Origin: a virus
Length of the DNA stretch: 46,576 nucleotides
Reading direction: 5' to 3' (one strand)
Virus record (IMG/VR): IMGVR_UViG_3300025381_000024
Shown here piece by piece: positions 45,056 to 46,576 of this stretch (position 1 is the stretch's first letter; each line of letters opens with the position of its first letter). The position numbers and the translations under genes are program-made. The notes beneath the pieces are model-generated. The model did no database searches, was not told where the DNA came from, and saw nothing but the letters and a program-made list of their open reading frames with translations.

Positions 45056-46576
45056 AAGTGTAATTGACATTGATATTAATGATGAGAAATTCAAAGAGTT
45101 CCAAAGACTCTTTGAAAAGTATCAGCAATCCCTTGTCAAAATGCCAAATCAATGGGGAAAAATAAATAAAGAAGTTGGTTCTTTACAGGGCAATTTCAAT
45201 AAAATCCAACACGCTTTGGATACTATTGCTTCCAGATTAGATAAAAATTACAAGACTTTACAAAATACAGATCAAGTAGTTAATAAGACTGAAAAGCATT
45301 GGCAGAATATTGGAAAGTCTGCTGCATCTATTACCAAAAATGTTACCGCTACTACTTGGAATCTTTTGAAATGGGGTAGTGTTACTACTGCTTTTGGTTT
45401 ATTAGGTGCTGCTGGTGGTCTATTTGGTATTGGCTCATTAGCTGGCTCTGCAAATGATACTAGAAGGCAATCTCAAGGATTGGGAGTATCGGCAGGAGAA
45501 TTAAAAGCTGCTCAAATTAATTTTCAAAGAGTTGCCGATGTTAATTCGGTTTTGGGAAATGTTGCAGCAGCGCAAACTGATGTTCAAAAACAATGGGCTT
45601 TCCAGGCTGCTAATGTTAATCCCAATCAAAATGTAGCCCAATTATTACCACAATTGCTTAGAAGGGCTGCTGAAGTATACAAAGCTGGCGAACCTGCTAC
45701 TGCTCAACAAAGATTGGAAGTAAGTGGATTATCTGCTTTAGGCATTGATGTTGAAACTGCTCGAAGAATGGCATCTTTGCGAAAAGGTGAAATGGATGAT
45801 ATTGAGAGAAAATACAATGCCGATACCAAATCTTTAGCCCTTACTGATGCTTTATTAAGAAGATGGCAAGACTTAGATGTTCAATTAGGTAGATCAAAGC
45901 AAAAAATTGAAAATGTATTTCTGACAGGATTGGAAGGTTTAGTCACTCCATTAGAAAAGCTGTCTGATTCATTTTCTAATGCGGTTAAAGTTTTCCTTGA
46001 AAGCCCAGCAATTAAAAATTGGATTACTGATGTTGCAAGTCATCTTGAGGGTTGGGCTAAAGATATGACCAAGCCAGAATTTCAAGATGCTGTTAAAAAA
46101 TTCGCTTCTCAAGTTGTTACTATTGGAGAAGCTGCTGTCAAATTAGCTGAAGCTGTTCTTTGGTTAGCCGATAAGATTAAAGAGCCATTCAATCCTGATC
46201 CTAGTCATAATATTGTTATGACACCAGAAGAAGCCAAGAAAAAAGGTGCAATACCTTTTGAGCCTTCTAGAGAAGGTATGAAAGAAGGATTCAAGGCTTG
46301 GTGGAATAATTTAAGTGGTGTAAACCCTGAATTAGCCAATGCAGTACAAGCTGCTGGTTTGCCTGTCATTAGCGGAAAAAGAGATGAAAATTGGGCTAAA
46401 AAGCATGGAATTTTAAATCCTGCTGATGGCAAATATTACACAAAACCAAATGGTCAAGGCAATCCAGTTGCTATGGAAAATAGCAAACACCTTACTGGAG
46501 AAGCAGTTGATATTGCAAATCCAGAAAAATATTCTGATGAATATTTAGCGCAATATGGTCTTTATAGAAGATTGGG
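45045..46576 (+). CDS. Tail tape measure protein, N-terminal and central part (no stop in the window; continues at base 1)
   Basis: ATG 45045. I translated it by eye with no stop to the window end. It has helical, Ala/Gln/Lys-rich sequence and a hydrophobic Gly-rich segment (FGLLGAAGGLFGIGSLAGS). It is absent from the ORF track because it runs off the end. Confidence 0.85.
   Translation, partial: MATKSVIDIDINDEKFKEFQRLFEKYQQSLVKMPNQWGKINKEVGSLQGNFNKIQHALDTIASRLDKNYKTLQNTDQVVNKTEKHWQNIGKSAASITKNVTATTWNLLKWGSVTTAFGLLGAAGGLFGIGSLAGSANDTRRQSQGLGVSAGELKAAQINFQRVADVNSVLGNVAAAQTDVQKQWAFQAANVNPNQNVAQLLPQLLRRAAEVYKAGEPATAQQRLEVSGLSALGIDVETARRMASLRKGEMDDIERKYNADTKSLALTDALLRRWQDLDVQLGRSKQKIENVFLTGLEGLVTPLEKLSDSFSNAVKVFLESPAIKNWITDVASHLEGWAKDMTKPEFQDAVKKFASQVVTIGEAAVKLAEAVLWLADKIKEPFNPDPSHNIVMTPEEAKKKGAIPFEPSREGMKEGFKAWWNNLSGVNPELANAVQAAGLPVISGKRDENWAKKHGILNPADGKYYTKPNGQGNPVAMENSKHLTGEAVDIANPEKYSDEYLAQYGLYRRL
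46449..46576. repeat. Terminal overlap copy 2 (identical to 1-128)
   Basis: See copy 1. Confidence 0.95.

Overview
This window is a complete, circularly closed phage genome. Bases 1-128 are identical to 46449-46576, so the unit length is 46,448 bp, and the cut falls inside the tape-measure ORF. It is a visibly AT-rich, densely coding, contractile-tailed dsDNA phage with a P2/Mu-style V-W-J-I baseplate. I saw no integrase, CI-type repressor, tRNA, rRNA, CRISPR array or transposon.

Layout:
- Plus strand 22206-31579: early, replication and recombination genes (RusA, an O-like initiator with internal iterons, an HD-type small alarmone hydrolase, NinB, a Ref-type nuclease, a GIY-YIG endonuclease), running into terS, terL and portal.
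- 31543-34950: a bidirectional accessory island with its own promoters, splitting portal from MuF.
- Plus strand 34937 through the junction to 17761: MuF, a Nudix-scaffold/protease polyprotein, capsid, connectors, sheath, tube, frameshifted chaperones, tape measure with a peptidase end, baseplate, four fibre genes (one of 1615 aa), and a lysis cassette (holin, Rz with embedded Rz1, GH24 endolysin).
- Minus strand 22122-17745: two early operons (acidic protein, Erf, YqaJ exonuclease, SSB, a duplicated small gene, tiny membrane peptides, a lipoprotein).

Main leads:
1. A possible virion-linked nucleotide-signalling set: a RelA/SpoT-like domain fused to the portal C-terminus, a stand-alone small alarmone hydrolase with its own near-consensus promoter, and a perfect Nudix box inside the scaffold/protease polyprotein.
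2. The promoter-bearing island between portal and MuF.
3. A 9-mer leader, CACGAAAGG, present 10 times and almost always 6-9 nt before a start codon.
4. Several long-stem structured intergenic elements.
5. Fibre repeats that are identical in protein sequence but scrambled at synonymous sites.

All functional calls come from motif reading by eye and from gene order. No database search was run.
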